A stretch of DNA of 64,000 nt. It comes from Vicugna vicugna. Lineage: Eukaryota. Under the pieces are notes generated by a model, which was not told where the DNA came from, did not search any database, and was given only the letters and a program-made list of their open reading frames with translations. The position numbers and the translations under genes were made by a program. The stretch's first letter is position 1, and every line of letters begins with the position of its first letter. The stretch is taken from contig MU062245.1 in the NCBI GenBank assembly GCA_013265495.1, positions 1,013,798 to 1,077,797 of the forward strand. Direction: 5' to 3'. Below are positions 23,571-35,183 of this stretch, piece after piece.

Positions 23571-24894
23571 CGCAGATTCTTTTCCTTCTCGCTGGGTCAT
23601 CTCAGGCCTTGCACCCTTCCTCCACCACTTTCCTAAGATCCCTTAACTCATCGATCCCAACCACCTGCTGAGGCCTTCTCTGGTCGGTGGCTCTGAGCTC
23701 TCAAACCGCAAGTGCTCCACAGAGAGACAGGGAGGTGGCATTGACAAACACTGGCCCTTGAGAGGCCTGAAAGGGCTTCTTGGAAGAGGCGGCAGGGATC
23801 CCATATGCAGACCTGAGTTTGGAATCAGCCCAGAATGTAGTGTACAGGCGAGCTGATCTGATACATAAACAGTCCTTGCAAATGCCCTTCAGTCCCCACT
23901 TTGGACGTCTCTGTGTCCACAACTCTGTCCCTGGCTGGTATGACAAACACTGACCAAACAGCACCAAGAGTGATGGAAGGTGTGAGGAGGAAAGCCTCCA
24001 GCCCTGCGGGAGCCAAGGGGAGGCAACTGATGGAGGCCTGGGGTACACCAGGAAGGTAGAGAAGCAGTTAGAAAACCAGTTCATCTCAGGGTTCCCAACA
24101 TGGTCCCACGCAGGCATCTTCCTTCATTCAAAGAAGTCCCATGTGCCAGGGGATGCTGGGGACCCGGGAGGAAATGTAGTGTGTGGCTCATGTCCCACCA
24201 TTTCCCAAATGCTGCCTTTCCTGGGCTCATCTGAACATCCCAAGAGCCACACAAGGTAGGGGTGTTTGTGTCCATGCTCAGATAAGGAAACTGAGGCTCA
24301 AAGTGAGGAAGGGACTGGCTCACGGCCTCACAGGCAGGGGAGTAGAAGAGGGATCATTGGGAGGGAACCTAAGCTTCCAGGCTGGGTAGGTTCTTCTGCC
24401 TGTGTCTCAACACTTGACCCTGGGGGTAGGGGAAGGGAGTAGGGCAATCCCTAACTTCACATGTTAGGGCACTATCTGGTGAAACAAGTTTGAGATACAC
24501 TAAAAAACATTAAACAGGGTCTTTCCTGCAGGACTTGTCAGAACCTTTAGCTCCATCGTGCTTCACAGATCTATTTGATCAGGACCAAGGCCAAAGCCTG
24601 GAACAATGACTGACAGACCCTGGGTCCCAGAGGCCCTGAGAGGGGCATGATGTGGGTGGAGGCATCAGCAGCGTGTGCACCCGTGTACTCCAGACACCTG
24701 TGCGCAGGAGTGTATGACTGTGTGTACATATGCACATGTGTTCTCCATCACTCTGATCTGGGGCTCAAATAATACCTGTAAAAAGGGGACAGGGCAAGCA
24801 TCCGAAGGGAAACGTCCTGCCCTTTCCGCCTTGCCCCGCAGAGAGATACGCTAAAAGTGCCTCCACGGCCTACTCAAGTCAGATTGCACAAGGC

Positions 24895-24900
24895 TTTATT
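24895..24900 (-). terminator. CLEC11A: CLEC11A polyadenylation signal AATAAA
   Basis: TTTATT on the plus strand, about 210 nt downstream of the CLEC11A stop codon. Confidence 0.8.
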
Positions 24901-25108
24901 GGCGCCAGACCTCTTCTGGTGCCCACCGCTTCCATAAAAGGCTGGCAAGGAAGGGATCCTGACCCCGCAGGAGCCCCCCAGGAATCGGCCAGCCAAGGGG
25001 AAGACATTTCCATCCGCGGGCAGAGAGGGAAGGGCGTCCTCGCAGGGTGCACGGCCCAGTCAAAGGGCAGGTGGTGGGATGGAATGGAGAGGCGGCGGAC
25101 CGGCCCCG

Positions 25109-25554
25109 CTAAAAGGGGAACTCGCAGACGTAGTAGAGGCGCCGCTCGCATTCGTGGTCCCACCAGGAGCCGTCGTCCGAGGCCTGCGCTACGCAGTTCT
25201 CGAGCGCGCCGCCGTTGGGCTGGTTGGGGCTGAGCGGGTGCTGCGCGGCGCTGGGACCCGCACCGGGCTCGGGGCTGGGTGCACGGTGCCAGGCGAAGAA
25301 GGACACACGCTGGCCGTTCTCAAAGAGGTAGAGGCCCTCGGCGCGTCGGTCGTGCACACCCAACCACACAGGCCAGTTGTAGGGTGCGAGCGCCGCGCGC
25401 AGGTACCGGGTAAGAGTTTCCATCTGCTGGCGGTCTGCGGGCTGCGCCAGGCTCCCGCCCCGCGCCACGCACCGCGCCTGCGCCGCCGCCTGAGCCTCGA
25501 AGTCACGCGAGAGCAGGAAGCACTTGTGGCCGAGTCGCACCCCCTTCAGGCAGC
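25109..25554 (-). CDS. CLEC11A: CLEC11A (osteolectin/SCGF) exon 4, C-type lectin domain
   Basis: [76 protein letters not shown]; acceptor cag at 25555-25557; TAG at 25109-25111; 446 nt. Confidence 0.98.
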
Positions 25555-25962
25555 CTGCGGGCGGGGTGGGGCGGGGCGGAACGGAGGCGGGGTTAGGGCC
25601 TCGAGGGCGGGGAGGAGGCGGGGTCAGAACCGCCGGGAGCCAGGAGGCCGAGTCTGGGCCGCCAGGGGCGGGGCTAGACTGTTGGGGCGGGACTGTAGGG
25701 GGCGTGGTGCGGCCAGAATAGGGTTCGCTCCACGGCACTATGGGGAGCGTGCCTCTTCCACAGCCCGCCTGTTCCCCGCATTCATCCATCCTGCTACTCT
25801 AACCTCCTCATCAGCCAACACACCCAAATCTCCAAGACTCCCGTCGCCCCTGACACCCAGGGTCCTCACGTCTCCTCAGACCTTTCCCGGCCCCCTCCTT
25901 CGACCAGTCCCCCACCTAACCCGGATCGTCCCTCTTTCCCCGCCCCGCGCGGTACGACTCAC

Positions 25963-26154
25963 CCTCTAAGCGGCCATGCTCGCGCTCGGCGCGGCTCTGC
26001 GCCTCCTGCAGGGCTTGCACGGCGTCGCGGGTGTCGCTCGCCACCTCCCGCAGCTGCCGCAGCCCCCGAGTCAGCTCGGCCACGCGGGTGTCCAACGCGT
26101 GCAGACGGACGTGCACCTGGTGCAAGCCTGCGTCCAGGCCGGCCAGGCGGCCCA
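25963..26154 (-). CDS. CLEC11A: CLEC11A exon 3, coiled coil with LDT motif
   Basis: (L)[63 protein letters not shown](G); cag acceptor, GTGAGT donor; 192 nt, phase 1-1. Confidence 0.97.
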
Positions 26155-26458
26155 CTGCGGATGGACAGGGCGCACGCTGGATCGGGACCCTGGGGGCGGA
26201 GCCAGGGGGACCAGGACCTAGGGCTTCTAGGGAGGAGCTGGGGGTGGGGGGGTCGGTTACTTAGGATTCCTGGAAGGTAGGGGACAGTGGCCCGGGGCTC
26301 TTGGGAGGCAAGGCAGGGGACCCGGAGCTCCTGGGGGTGTGGGGACTCCGAGCTGGGCGGTGGGCAGTTGAAAGATCCCGGGGCAGTGAAAGGATGGTTT
26401 ATTTTTGTGAAAGTGACCACGGAGGCCTGGGGGCAGGGCGGGGCTAATGATTACTCAC

Positions 26459-26648
26459 GGATATAAGTGACGGTGTCCTCAGGGGTGGGAGAGGGGCTGG
26501 GGCTGGAGTAGGGAGTTGTTACTGCTTCCTCCTCGCCTTCCTCCCCCTGACCGTCCTTCTCTGTCCCCCCAGCCCCTTTGCCTTCAGGGATTCCCTCGGG
26601 ATTTTTGTCCCTCCTCCCAGCAGGCAGTCCCAGGGCTTCCTGTAAATG
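26459..26648 (-). CDS. CLEC11A: CLEC11A exon 2, acidic and Pro/Ser/Thr-rich segment
   Basis: HLQEALGLPAGRRDKNPEG..EEGEEEAVTTPYSSPSPSPTPEDTVTYI; cag acceptor, GTGAGT donor; 190 nt. Confidence 0.97.
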
Positions 26649-26901
26649 CTGAGGCAGGGGAGAGGTGGTCAGGGTCAGCCTGGCAGCAGCAGTCTGACTC
26701 CCCAGACACTCCAGCCACCCCTTTCCAGCTGTAAGCTGGCTCTCTGCCCTGAGCCCCTTCTCTGAACCCATCACCCTCATTCTCTGAACCTATTCCATCA
26801 CTCCCCCTTGCCCATTTCCCTGACCTTCGAATACCCGCCTCCCAAGCCCACAGTCCCCCACCTCAGTCCCCCCACTAGAGCCCCAGCACACCCCAACTCA
26901 C

Positions 26902-27048
26902 CTTCAGCATCAGGGCCTCCCTCTCCCGCTCCTCCTCCTGGGCGCCACCCCAGCCCCCCTCCCACTCCCTTTCGGCTCCTCGAGCCCCATGACTGAAGCC
27001 CAAGAGCTGGGGTACCACCAGGGCCCCAAGGAGCCAGGCTGCCTGCAT
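26902..27048 (-). CDS. CLEC11A: CLEC11A exon 1 coding part, signal peptide
   Basis: [49 protein letters not shown], donor AAG|GTGAGT. The four exons sum to 975 nt = 324 aa plus stop. Confidence 0.98.
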
Positions 27049-30000
27049 CAGACTGGGCTCGGAGCACCCAAGGCTGCAGAAGGATGTCTCTGAGGAGAGG
27101 GGTGTCTCTGGGGACTGAAGTGTGTGTAGATCACTAGGCCCCTGTTCCCTGCTTCTCCCAGCTTCTCTCTGGTCCCTTTCCTCCCAACTTCTGTCTCGGT
27201 CTGTTGGTCTCTGCTCTTCTGAGTGTGTCTCTCCCCGCCTCTCTTGGCTCCCCCGAGGCCCTGCCTCTGTGGCCGGAAACCTCCAACGTTCCAAAGCTTG
27301 GATCCCGCCTTGGGTTTGTCTCCACATACACCCTCCTCTTCCCACTTTCCAGAGCTTGCTTCCGTCCTGTCCTGCTCTTCCCTTCTGCTACAGCCAAAAG
27401 CTCTGAAGGTTGGGAAAAGGATGGAGCTGACTTCCCAAGGGATCCTGGGACACAGCCTCTGCCCAGGAACCTTCTCAGGTTGTTGAGACTTGGCCCTGCT
27501 CCCCTCTCTTTTCCCTGGCCACTCCCCAGGACAGGGGATACCTCAAGGTCTTGCTAAGTTGTTATTACCCCATGGCCATCGTCACCCATACACCCTCCTG
27601 GAGGAGTCTTGCCCACCAATCTCAGGCTCTAGAGCTCCTCCTGCCCCTAGATCTCTCATCCTGCCTGCCCTCCAAGCCCTTGCCCCAGATGCACGTGAGT
27701 GTATGCGCCTGTCTGTGGGGACATATGCAAAGGAACATGTGCGTGGCTCTGTGTGCAGCCCTGGAAGTTGGCTCTTGGATTCATTTGCCTTCCCTGAAAG
27801 ACTCCTGCAGGCTGGATCCAGGGTGGGGCAACACAGGATTCCAACTGCACATAGACTCTCAGATTGACAGTCTCAGAGGGTGAGTCTCAGGTAGAGGGAA
27901 TGAGGGGAGGCTGGGTGGCGGGTAGGGTGGAGAAAGCTTTCTCCCAGGAAGTGGAGTAGACAGATGCTGGGCATGTGCAGAGAGAGCTGTGAGCATTCAG
28001 TGAGGTGCCTCATCTCCTGCCTGGACCACTGCAGTCGCCTCCTCCTGGCTCTCCCCCTCCTTCCTCCCGAGCCCCTCCAATCCACGCAGCTTGCCGCAGC
28101 CAGAGCAGTGCTTCCAAACCGTAAATCAGATCACATCACTCCCCACTCCCCTGCTCCCCCCACCAGCTTCCCATCATTCGTGGGAGTGAAGCCAAACCCT
28201 GTCCTCAGCACAGGCCTGGCCTGCCCAGCTTGGGGGGAGCTGGGAAGGGGGGACCCTCTACACCTCTGCAAGCTCATCACCCCCAATACCCTCACCTCCC
28301 CCACCACCCTGACCGGGGCTCCAGGCACACTGGCTTGTTTGCTATTTCCTGCATGCTAAGCTGCTTTCCACCTCCAAGCTTTTGCGATAGCCCTTTCCTC
28401 CTTCTAGAAGGCTCTTCCCCCAGCTCATTCTCATTACTGAGGTCTCAGCTCAGCGAGGCCTCCCCTAAGAGACTTTATTCAAAAGCCCCATTTTATTTTT
28501 GATATAATCAAGACCGGCATTGCCGTGTGTGTTTGTTTACTTGGGGGTGTCTGTCTCCTTCCAATGAAAGCAGGCATCCCTGTTCACTGCTGTATCCCCA
28601 GAGGTAGAATAGGGCCAACCAAGCACTTAGTAGGTCCTCAATCCATCTATTCAGCCAGGAACGAAGCAGCCCATTCCTAGTAGGGTAACAGCTCAGCCAG
28701 AGGCTTGATGGTTGTATCTAAGTGGCAACCCGAGTTCCCTGAAGCACTGGGGGGTGGCAGCTGGGGTGGAAGTGGTGAGGGCAGTGGGAGAGAGGCTGTA
28801 GAGGGAAAGGAAGTGGGAGGCCATGCCATGCCCAATCTATGCCAGACCCGTGAGTCATGGAGGGCTTTCCCCAGCTCAGCCTGGCTGGTTGTGCCAATGC
28901 CGGCAGAGCTCACCTGCCAGGGATCACAGGGCCCACTCTTCAAGGGAGGAAACCGAGGCTCGGAGAGGGGATAGCACAGCCTGCTGGAGGTCACCAGCGT
29001 GGCGGCAGCCAGCCAAGGCTTCTGGCTCTAAGCAAAAGCAGGGCATCTGCCCTCAGCTGTTGGGAGCCCCAGGAGGGGCCTTGGAAATCCACGCAGCCAG
29101 CCTTCCGTCTTCCAAGAAAGCAGAGGACAGTGTGACCTTGGACAGGCTGCCCACTCCCGCAGAGCCCAAGCCTCTTGGGTGCCTGTCATGGGCTTGGGGA
29201 CCCCTCGCTGGGAGACAATGCACAGGCCCGGGAAGGGCTTTGTAACTTGTAGAAGGGTACCCACCCCCTCTGGCTGCTGGCGCCAACATGGGCAGCTGTT
29301 CTCTCCCCAGGCCCAGCTGCTCAGCACCTGGGCTCCCGGGGCTGGGCTGGCACCTGCGTCAGCTCATATGTGGTACCCCGGAGCCCACAGCTGAAGGAAC
29401 ATCCAGAGGCTGCTTGGAACTGCCCTCTGCAGGTGCCTGAGCTCCAGCCGGTGGCCCTGGAGGAGCTGCTGGAGCTGGGAGAAGGGATATTCTCATCACT
29501 GCCCTATGGGATCTGCCCTGTCTCCGTGGGTGTGTCCCCTGCACCCGCTGCTGTGATGCTTGGGCATATCCGTGTGTGAGGAAGGGGGATATGCAACTAT
29601 GGAGTGGCCAGTACTGAACAACGGCAGTCTGAAGACTTTGAACCAGGCTGTCGTGATCCTGGCCACCACCTCTTCCTAGCTGAGTGACCTTGGGCAAGTT
29701 ACTTCATCTCTCTGTGTCTGGGTTCCCCCCCCCCCCCCCCCCCCCCCCTATTGATGAGTAAATCCAGAACAGAGCCTGGCATGGAGGAAGTACTGAAAAA
29801 ATGTCAGCAATAATTAGCACAGAGGGGAGCGATGGCGCAGTGTCGTGCCTCTAAATGGGCGTGTGCACACCTGTGCGATGGGTGGTGAGGTGGGTGAGTA
29901 TGATGGAGACGGAAGCACACATCTCCCTACAGTTTTGTGTCTCCGTTTCAGGGTGGCGTGTGAGCTGGAATTCGAAGCAGGCACACCCGGCTGCCTGCCT

Positions 30001-30203
30001 GCTGTGTGTGGGGTGGGTAAACGCGTGTGCCGTGTGCATGCTCTGGCGCACGGGTGTGATATGTACATGTTGTAGCTGGGTGTGTTTGTGGTAATGTACA
30101 CTCAGGTGGTCGGGTCGTGCACGCGTGGAGAAAATGTATGTGTTGGGAGGTCTGCAGGTGCAGGGCGAGCTATCGACTCTGTGCACCTGTGCTTTGGGGG
30201 AAG

Positions 30204-30205
<2 letters not shown>

Positions 30206-30240
<35 letters not shown>
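30206..30240 (+). repeat. (TG)n microsatellite
   Basis: Uninterrupted GT dinucleotide run. Confidence 0.95.
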
Positions 30241-30242
<2 letters not shown>

Positions 30243-30467
30243 GGGGGAGACAGGAATCTATAGCTCTCACAATCCAATTTAGGGGTGTCGAGTCTAGCAA
30301 CAAATATATATTGCGCCCTGCTGTGTGTCGAGGGGGTAGGGGCGCTCTGGGAAGCGCAGGTCCTGGGGGTGTGTGGAGAGATACCCTTAGGGGGGCGGGG
30401 CTCCATCCTCGGGGTACAGGGGCAGCAGGGGTGGAGTCAGGTTCGGGGATCTGGTGGAGGAGAGGAG

Positions 30468-33000
30468 NNNNNNNNNNNNNNNNNNNNNNNNNNNNNNNNN
30501 NNNNNNNNNNNNNNNNNNNNNNNNNNNNNNNNNNNNNNNNNNNNNNNNNNNNNNNNNNNNNNNNNNNNNNNNNNNNNNNNNNNNNNNNNNNNNNNNNNNN
30601 NNNNNNNNNNNNNNNNNNNNNNNNNNNNNNNNNNNNNNNNNNNNNNNNNNNNNNNNNNNNNNNNNNNNNNNNNNNNNNNNNNNNNNNNNNNNNNNNNNNN
30701 NNNNNNNNNNNNNNNNNNNNNNNNNNNNNNNNNNNNNNNNNNNNNNNNNNNNNNNNNNNNNNNNNNNNNNNNNNNNNNNNNNNNNNNNNNGCGANNNNNN
30801 NNNNNNNNNNNNNNNNNNNNNNNNNNNNNNNNNNNNNNNNNNNNNNNNNNNNNNNNNNNNNNNNNNNNNNNNNNNNNNNNNNNNNNNNNNNNNNNNNNNN
30901 NNNNNNNNNNNNNNNNNNNNNNNNNNGCGGCGGCCGAGGCGGAAGGGGGGGGGCTGGGGGGGCTNNNNNNNNNNNNNNNNNNNNNNNNNNNNNNNNNNNN
31001 NNNNNNNNNNNNNNNNNNNNNNNNNNNNNNNNNNNNNNNNNNNNNNNNNNNNNNNNNNNNNNNNNNNNNNNNNNNNNNNNNNNNNNNNNNNNNNNNNNNN
31101 NNNNNNNNNNNNNNNNNNNNNNNNNNNNNNNNNNNNNNNNNNNNNNNNNNNNNNNNNNNNNNNNNNNNNNNNNNNNNNNNNNNNNNNNNNNNNNNNNNNN
31201 NNNNNNNNNNNNNNNNNNNNNNNNNNNNNNNNNNNNNNNNNNNNNNNNNNNNNNNNNNNNNNNNNNNNNNNNNNNNNNNNNNNNNNNNNNNNNNNNNNNN
31301 NNNNNNNNNNNNNNNNNNNNNNNNNNNNNNNNNNNNNNNNNNNNNNNNNNNNNNNNNNNNNNNNNNNNNNNNNNNNNNNNNNNNNNNNNNNNNNNNNNNN
31401 NNNNNNNNNNNNNNNNNNNNNNNNNNNNNNNNNNNNNNNNNNNNNNNNNNNNNNNNNNNNNNNNNNNNNNNNNNNNNNNNNNNNNNNNNNNNNNNNNNNN
31501 NNNNNNNNNNNNNNNNNNNNNNNNNNNNNNNNNNNNNNNNNNNNNNNNNNNNNNNNNNNNNNNNNNNNNNNNNNNNNNNNNNNNNNNNNNNNNNNNNNNN
31601 GGGGGCGGGGGCGCCCCGGACGTCCTTGGCCGAGCGCCGGGCTCCCGGCCCGGGTGTGCGGTGGGGGGTGGGGGTGAGGAGGGGAGCGTTGCCCCGGGCG
31701 ACGCCAAATTGGGTTACGCCCGGGTCCCCGGTGCCCCGTCCCAGATCGCAGACTTGATGGGAAGATGCGCCCCCCATTCCCCGCCGGCAGAGCCCCCTGC
31801 CCGAACCCGCCTCCCCGCGCTCCTGAGCCAAGGGCTCGGTCGTTGTACCCGCCTCCTGGCCCTGCCCGGCCACCCCCCCGCCCCGCCCATCCCTGCCCAC
31901 CTGGGCCCCTTGACCCCCTCCTGCGGCCCCNNNNNNNNNNNNNNNNNNNNNNNNNNNNNNNNNNNNNNNNNNNNNNNNNNNNNNNNNNNNNNNNNNNNNN
32001 NNNNNNNNNNNNNNNNNNNNNNNNNNNNNNNNNNNNNNNNNNNNNNNNNNNNNNNNNNNNNNNNNNNNNNNNNNNNNNNNNNNNNNNNNNNNNNNNNNNN
32101 NNNNNNNNNNNNNNNNNNNNNNNNNNNNNNNNNNNNNNNNNNNNNNNNNNNNNNNNNNNNNNNNNNNNNNNNNNNNNNNNNNNNNNNNNNNNNNNNNNNN
32201 NNNNNNNNNNNNNNNNNNNNNNNNNNNNNNNNNNNNNNNNNNNNNNNNNNNNNNNNNNNNNNNNNNNNNNNNNNNNNNNNNNNNNNNNNNNNNNNNNNNN
32301 NNNNNNNNNNNNNNNNNNNNNNNNNNNNNNNNNNNNNNNNNNNNNNNNNNNNNNNNNNNNNNNNNNNNNNNNNNNNNNNNNNNNNNNNNNNNNNNNNNNN
32401 NNNNNNNNNNNNNNNNNNNNNNNNNNNNNNNNNNNNNNNNNNNNNNNNNNNNNNNNNNNNNNNNNNNNNNNNNNNNNNNNNNNNNNNNNNNNNNNNNNNN
32501 NNNNNNNNNNNNNNNNNNNNNNNNNNNNNNNNNNNNNNNNNNNNNNNNNNNNNNNNNNNNNNNNNNNNNNNNNNNNNNNNNNNNNNNNNNNNNNNNNNNN
32601 NNNNNNNNNNNNCGGCCCCAGCCCCGGCTCCCTCTCCCCGCCTCTCCCCGCCTTTCCCCGCCTCCATTCATTCTCCCGGGCCGGCTCTCGGCCACGCCAG
32701 CCGCCCCTCGTCCCCCCGCAGCCCCCCAGGGCACCCCCTCTCCCCCCTTCCCCCGCCCCCCCCCTCGCCGATTCCTCAGCCCGTCTCAGTACCAGCTGCG
32801 TGCCAGCTATTCTTAGCCGCGGAGCGTTTGATTCATGCCGCCCCGGCGGAGTGTGCCCGCTCCCTCCCTTGGGGCCTGAGGAGGAGGGGCCGGGGCTGGT
32901 CCTGGGGGTTGAGGGGCGGCCGCACGCGCGGGCAGACCCGGCTAGCTTTGCTTTCAGGCCTCCGGCTACCCCATCAGTGCCCGGTTGAGGCTGGGTGGTC
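30468..33000. promoter_or_regulatory. SHANK1: GC/CpG-rich region, mostly N-gaps; probable SHANK1 promoter and non-coding first exon
   Basis: N runs at about 30468-30926, 30965-31600 and 31931-32611; the visible islands are very GC- and CpG-rich. The first coding exon has an acceptor at 34476-34477, so an upstream exon is needed and this is the only CpG island upstream of it and downstream of the CLEC11A start. Confidence 0.6.
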
Positions 33001-34486
33001 AGCCAGGGTCAGCCGAGGGGGAGTGGCTGCGGGCCCTAGGTCCGGAGGTGGGATGTGGAGTCCAAGGGTAGGAGGCGGCCTGGGTCTCCGCAAGGGCAAA
33101 GTGGGGGCAGCTCTGCTGGGAACCTAGAGGAGGAGGGGGCTTCGAAGCTGTGGCCAGCTGTGGCCGTGCTTGGGGGAGGGGCTGGCTGACCCCTGGTTAG
33201 ATGCTGGCTCGCCCACAGCTGTTGGAACTCTTCTCCCCACCTCGCACACATTTTGTCTTCCCTCCCCCAACCCCCAGCCCGTCCCCACTCCCCCAAAGTC
33301 AGCAGTACCCTCCACTGTTTCCCATCTCCATGGCAACGTGCAGGAGCTGGGCCTGGTGTGGGGGGGAGGGACCAGACTAGACATTCTGGTTTCCGGTGCT
33401 GGGGTGGGAGTGGGGGAGAAAATGAGGAAAGAGGACCCCATTTGGGACCATACTTGTAAGGCCACTCACAGATGAAGAATTGTGGGGATCTGGAGAGGAC
33501 TTCCCACCCCAGTCCCCCAGACCCTCACCCCACTTCTTAGCCTCCCTCCCAGCCCCCCTAGTCTCCCTCACAGTGGGGCCCCAGTACCAGGCAATTCCAA
33601 TCCACCCACCCAGCAGCACTGAGCCTCAAACACAACCCGCAGCTCATCTGCAGCCACCCCACAGCAACCCAGGCCACCACTCTGCTGTCACCTAGACAGC
33701 CTTCCAGGGGCCAGACTACCCAGCCACCGACACACCCTCTCAAGATGCCCCTCAGTAACTCGCCTAGGCCGCATTGTGTGGTTTCCCCCAGGACACCCCA
33801 TGCATGGTACTCTGCCCCATGACACCCTCATCCCAGTGCCCCTGTCCCCCTGGTTCCCCAGCAGCACTCAGCCACACTTCAGTGAAGTCACCAGCGCCAC
33901 CAGCTCTACCGGCACCACATGGCCTCCTGCTCCTGCCAACCCTTAGCTCAAGACACCTCCCTCTCCCCCTTACTACATGTCAGCCTTCCCCCACCCCACA
34001 CCAGCTATCCAGGAGGAAGATGGGAGGGCCTCAGGTGAGGGGCCAGGCTGGGGCCAGGAGGGCAGGGTGCCGGTGGGTCGTCCACCTGTCTGTCCTCAGC
34101 TAATTTTAGCTGCATTATCTGTGGCCTGGCAAAGTGGGCCAGTAGCTCCCGCGGTGATTCTGCGGTTTCTGGGACATCACCACGCTGGGTCAGCGGCAAA
34201 GTGGGGCGCAGGAGGGGCGGGGGGCTGCGAGCAGGGCCAAGGGCAGGGAAGGAGACGCGTGCTGGCGGCATGGCAGGGCTGGGGAGGTGTGTACACCGCC
34301 AGAGAGCTTGGCAGCAGGAGGAGTGTCTGGGGGGTGTGTCCAGCTTCCTTCCTGCCTACCTCAGGCAGTGTGGGGTGGCTGCCCCTGACCACTGGTCCAC
34401 CAAATGTGCCTGTGGCCTCCAAGGGGTCTGGGCTGCTAGACTGACAGCCACCCTTGCCACCCACCCCCCCGCCGCAGCCGCCTGTG

Positions 34487-34669
34487 ATGCTGCCGTGCCC
34501 CGTCGCCCCGTGGCCCCACGATGACCCACAGCCCCGCGACAAGCGAGGACGAGGAACGCCACAGTGCCAGCGAGTGTCCCGAGGGGGGCTCAGAGTCCGA
34601 CAGCTCCCCAGACGGGCCAGGGAGAGGCCCCCGGGGGACCCGGGGCCGGGGCAGCGGGGCACCTGGTAG
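34487..34669 (+). promoter_or_regulatory. Upstream ORF (60 aa) overlapping the SHANK1 start out of frame
   Basis: ATG at 34487 is 34 nt upstream of the main ATG and inside the exon (acceptor gcag at 34474-34477); it reads MLPCPVAPWPHDD.. to TAG at 34667-34669. Confidence 0.7.
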
Positions 34670-34775
34670 CCTGGCCTCAATCCGAGGCCTCCAGGGCCGC
34701 TCCATGTCTGTCCCGGACGACGCCCACTTCAGCATGATGGTCTTTAGGATTGGCATCCCGGACCTGCACCAGACG
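34521..34775 (+). CDS. SHANK1: SHANK1 coding exon 1
   Basis: MTHSPATSEDEERHSASECPEGGSESDSSPDG..SMMVFRIGIPDLHQT; donor ACG|GTGAGC; 255 nt. The exon probably starts at 34478 (ctgac branch-like motif at 34441). Confidence 0.98.
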
Positions 34776-34979
34776 GTGAGCGACTGCCCGCTGGCCGGCG
34801 GGGGTGGGGTGGACAGGGGCCCAAGCCCCCATGGGGAGGCCTCTGGTGCTGAGGGTCCTCATGTGTGGCCCCCATTTCCAGACCCCCATGGATTTCCCCT
34901 AATCCCGCTCTATCCCCAGAATCACCCACACCCACTTTCCAAACCACCTCAGGATCCTTTCTGTTGCCTCCCCCACCAG

Positions 34980-35183
34980 AAATGCTTGCGCTTTAACCCT
35001 GATGCCACCATCTGGACAGCCAAGCAGCAGGTACTTTGTGCCCTGAGCGAGAGCCTGCAGGACGTGCTCAACTACGGCCTATTCCAGCCGGCCACCTCGG
35101 GCCGGGATGCCAATTTCCTGGAGGAGGAGCGGCTGCTGCGGGAGTACCCCCAGTCCTTCGAGAAGGGGGTGCCCTACCTGGAG
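34980..35183 (+). CDS. SHANK1: SHANK1 coding exon 2 (SPN/FERM-like N-terminal domain)
   Basis: KCLRFNPDATIWTAKQQVLCALSESLQDVLNYGLFQP..GVPYLE; AG/GT boundaries; 204 nt. Confidence 0.98.

Noticed and set aside
25079-25969. 296-aa plus-strand ORF
   Set aside because: Antisense shadow of GC-rich CLEC11A exon 4 and intron 3; no recognisable domain.
26875-27345. 99-aa N-terminal extension of CLEC11A suggested by the ORF track
   Set aside because: The signal peptide starts at MQAAW (27048); the upstream part is purine-rich UTR/promoter sequence that happens to be open.
29851-33127. Very long ORFs (400-1000 aa) in the ORF track
   Set aside because: They read through N runs, which contain no stop codons; artefacts.
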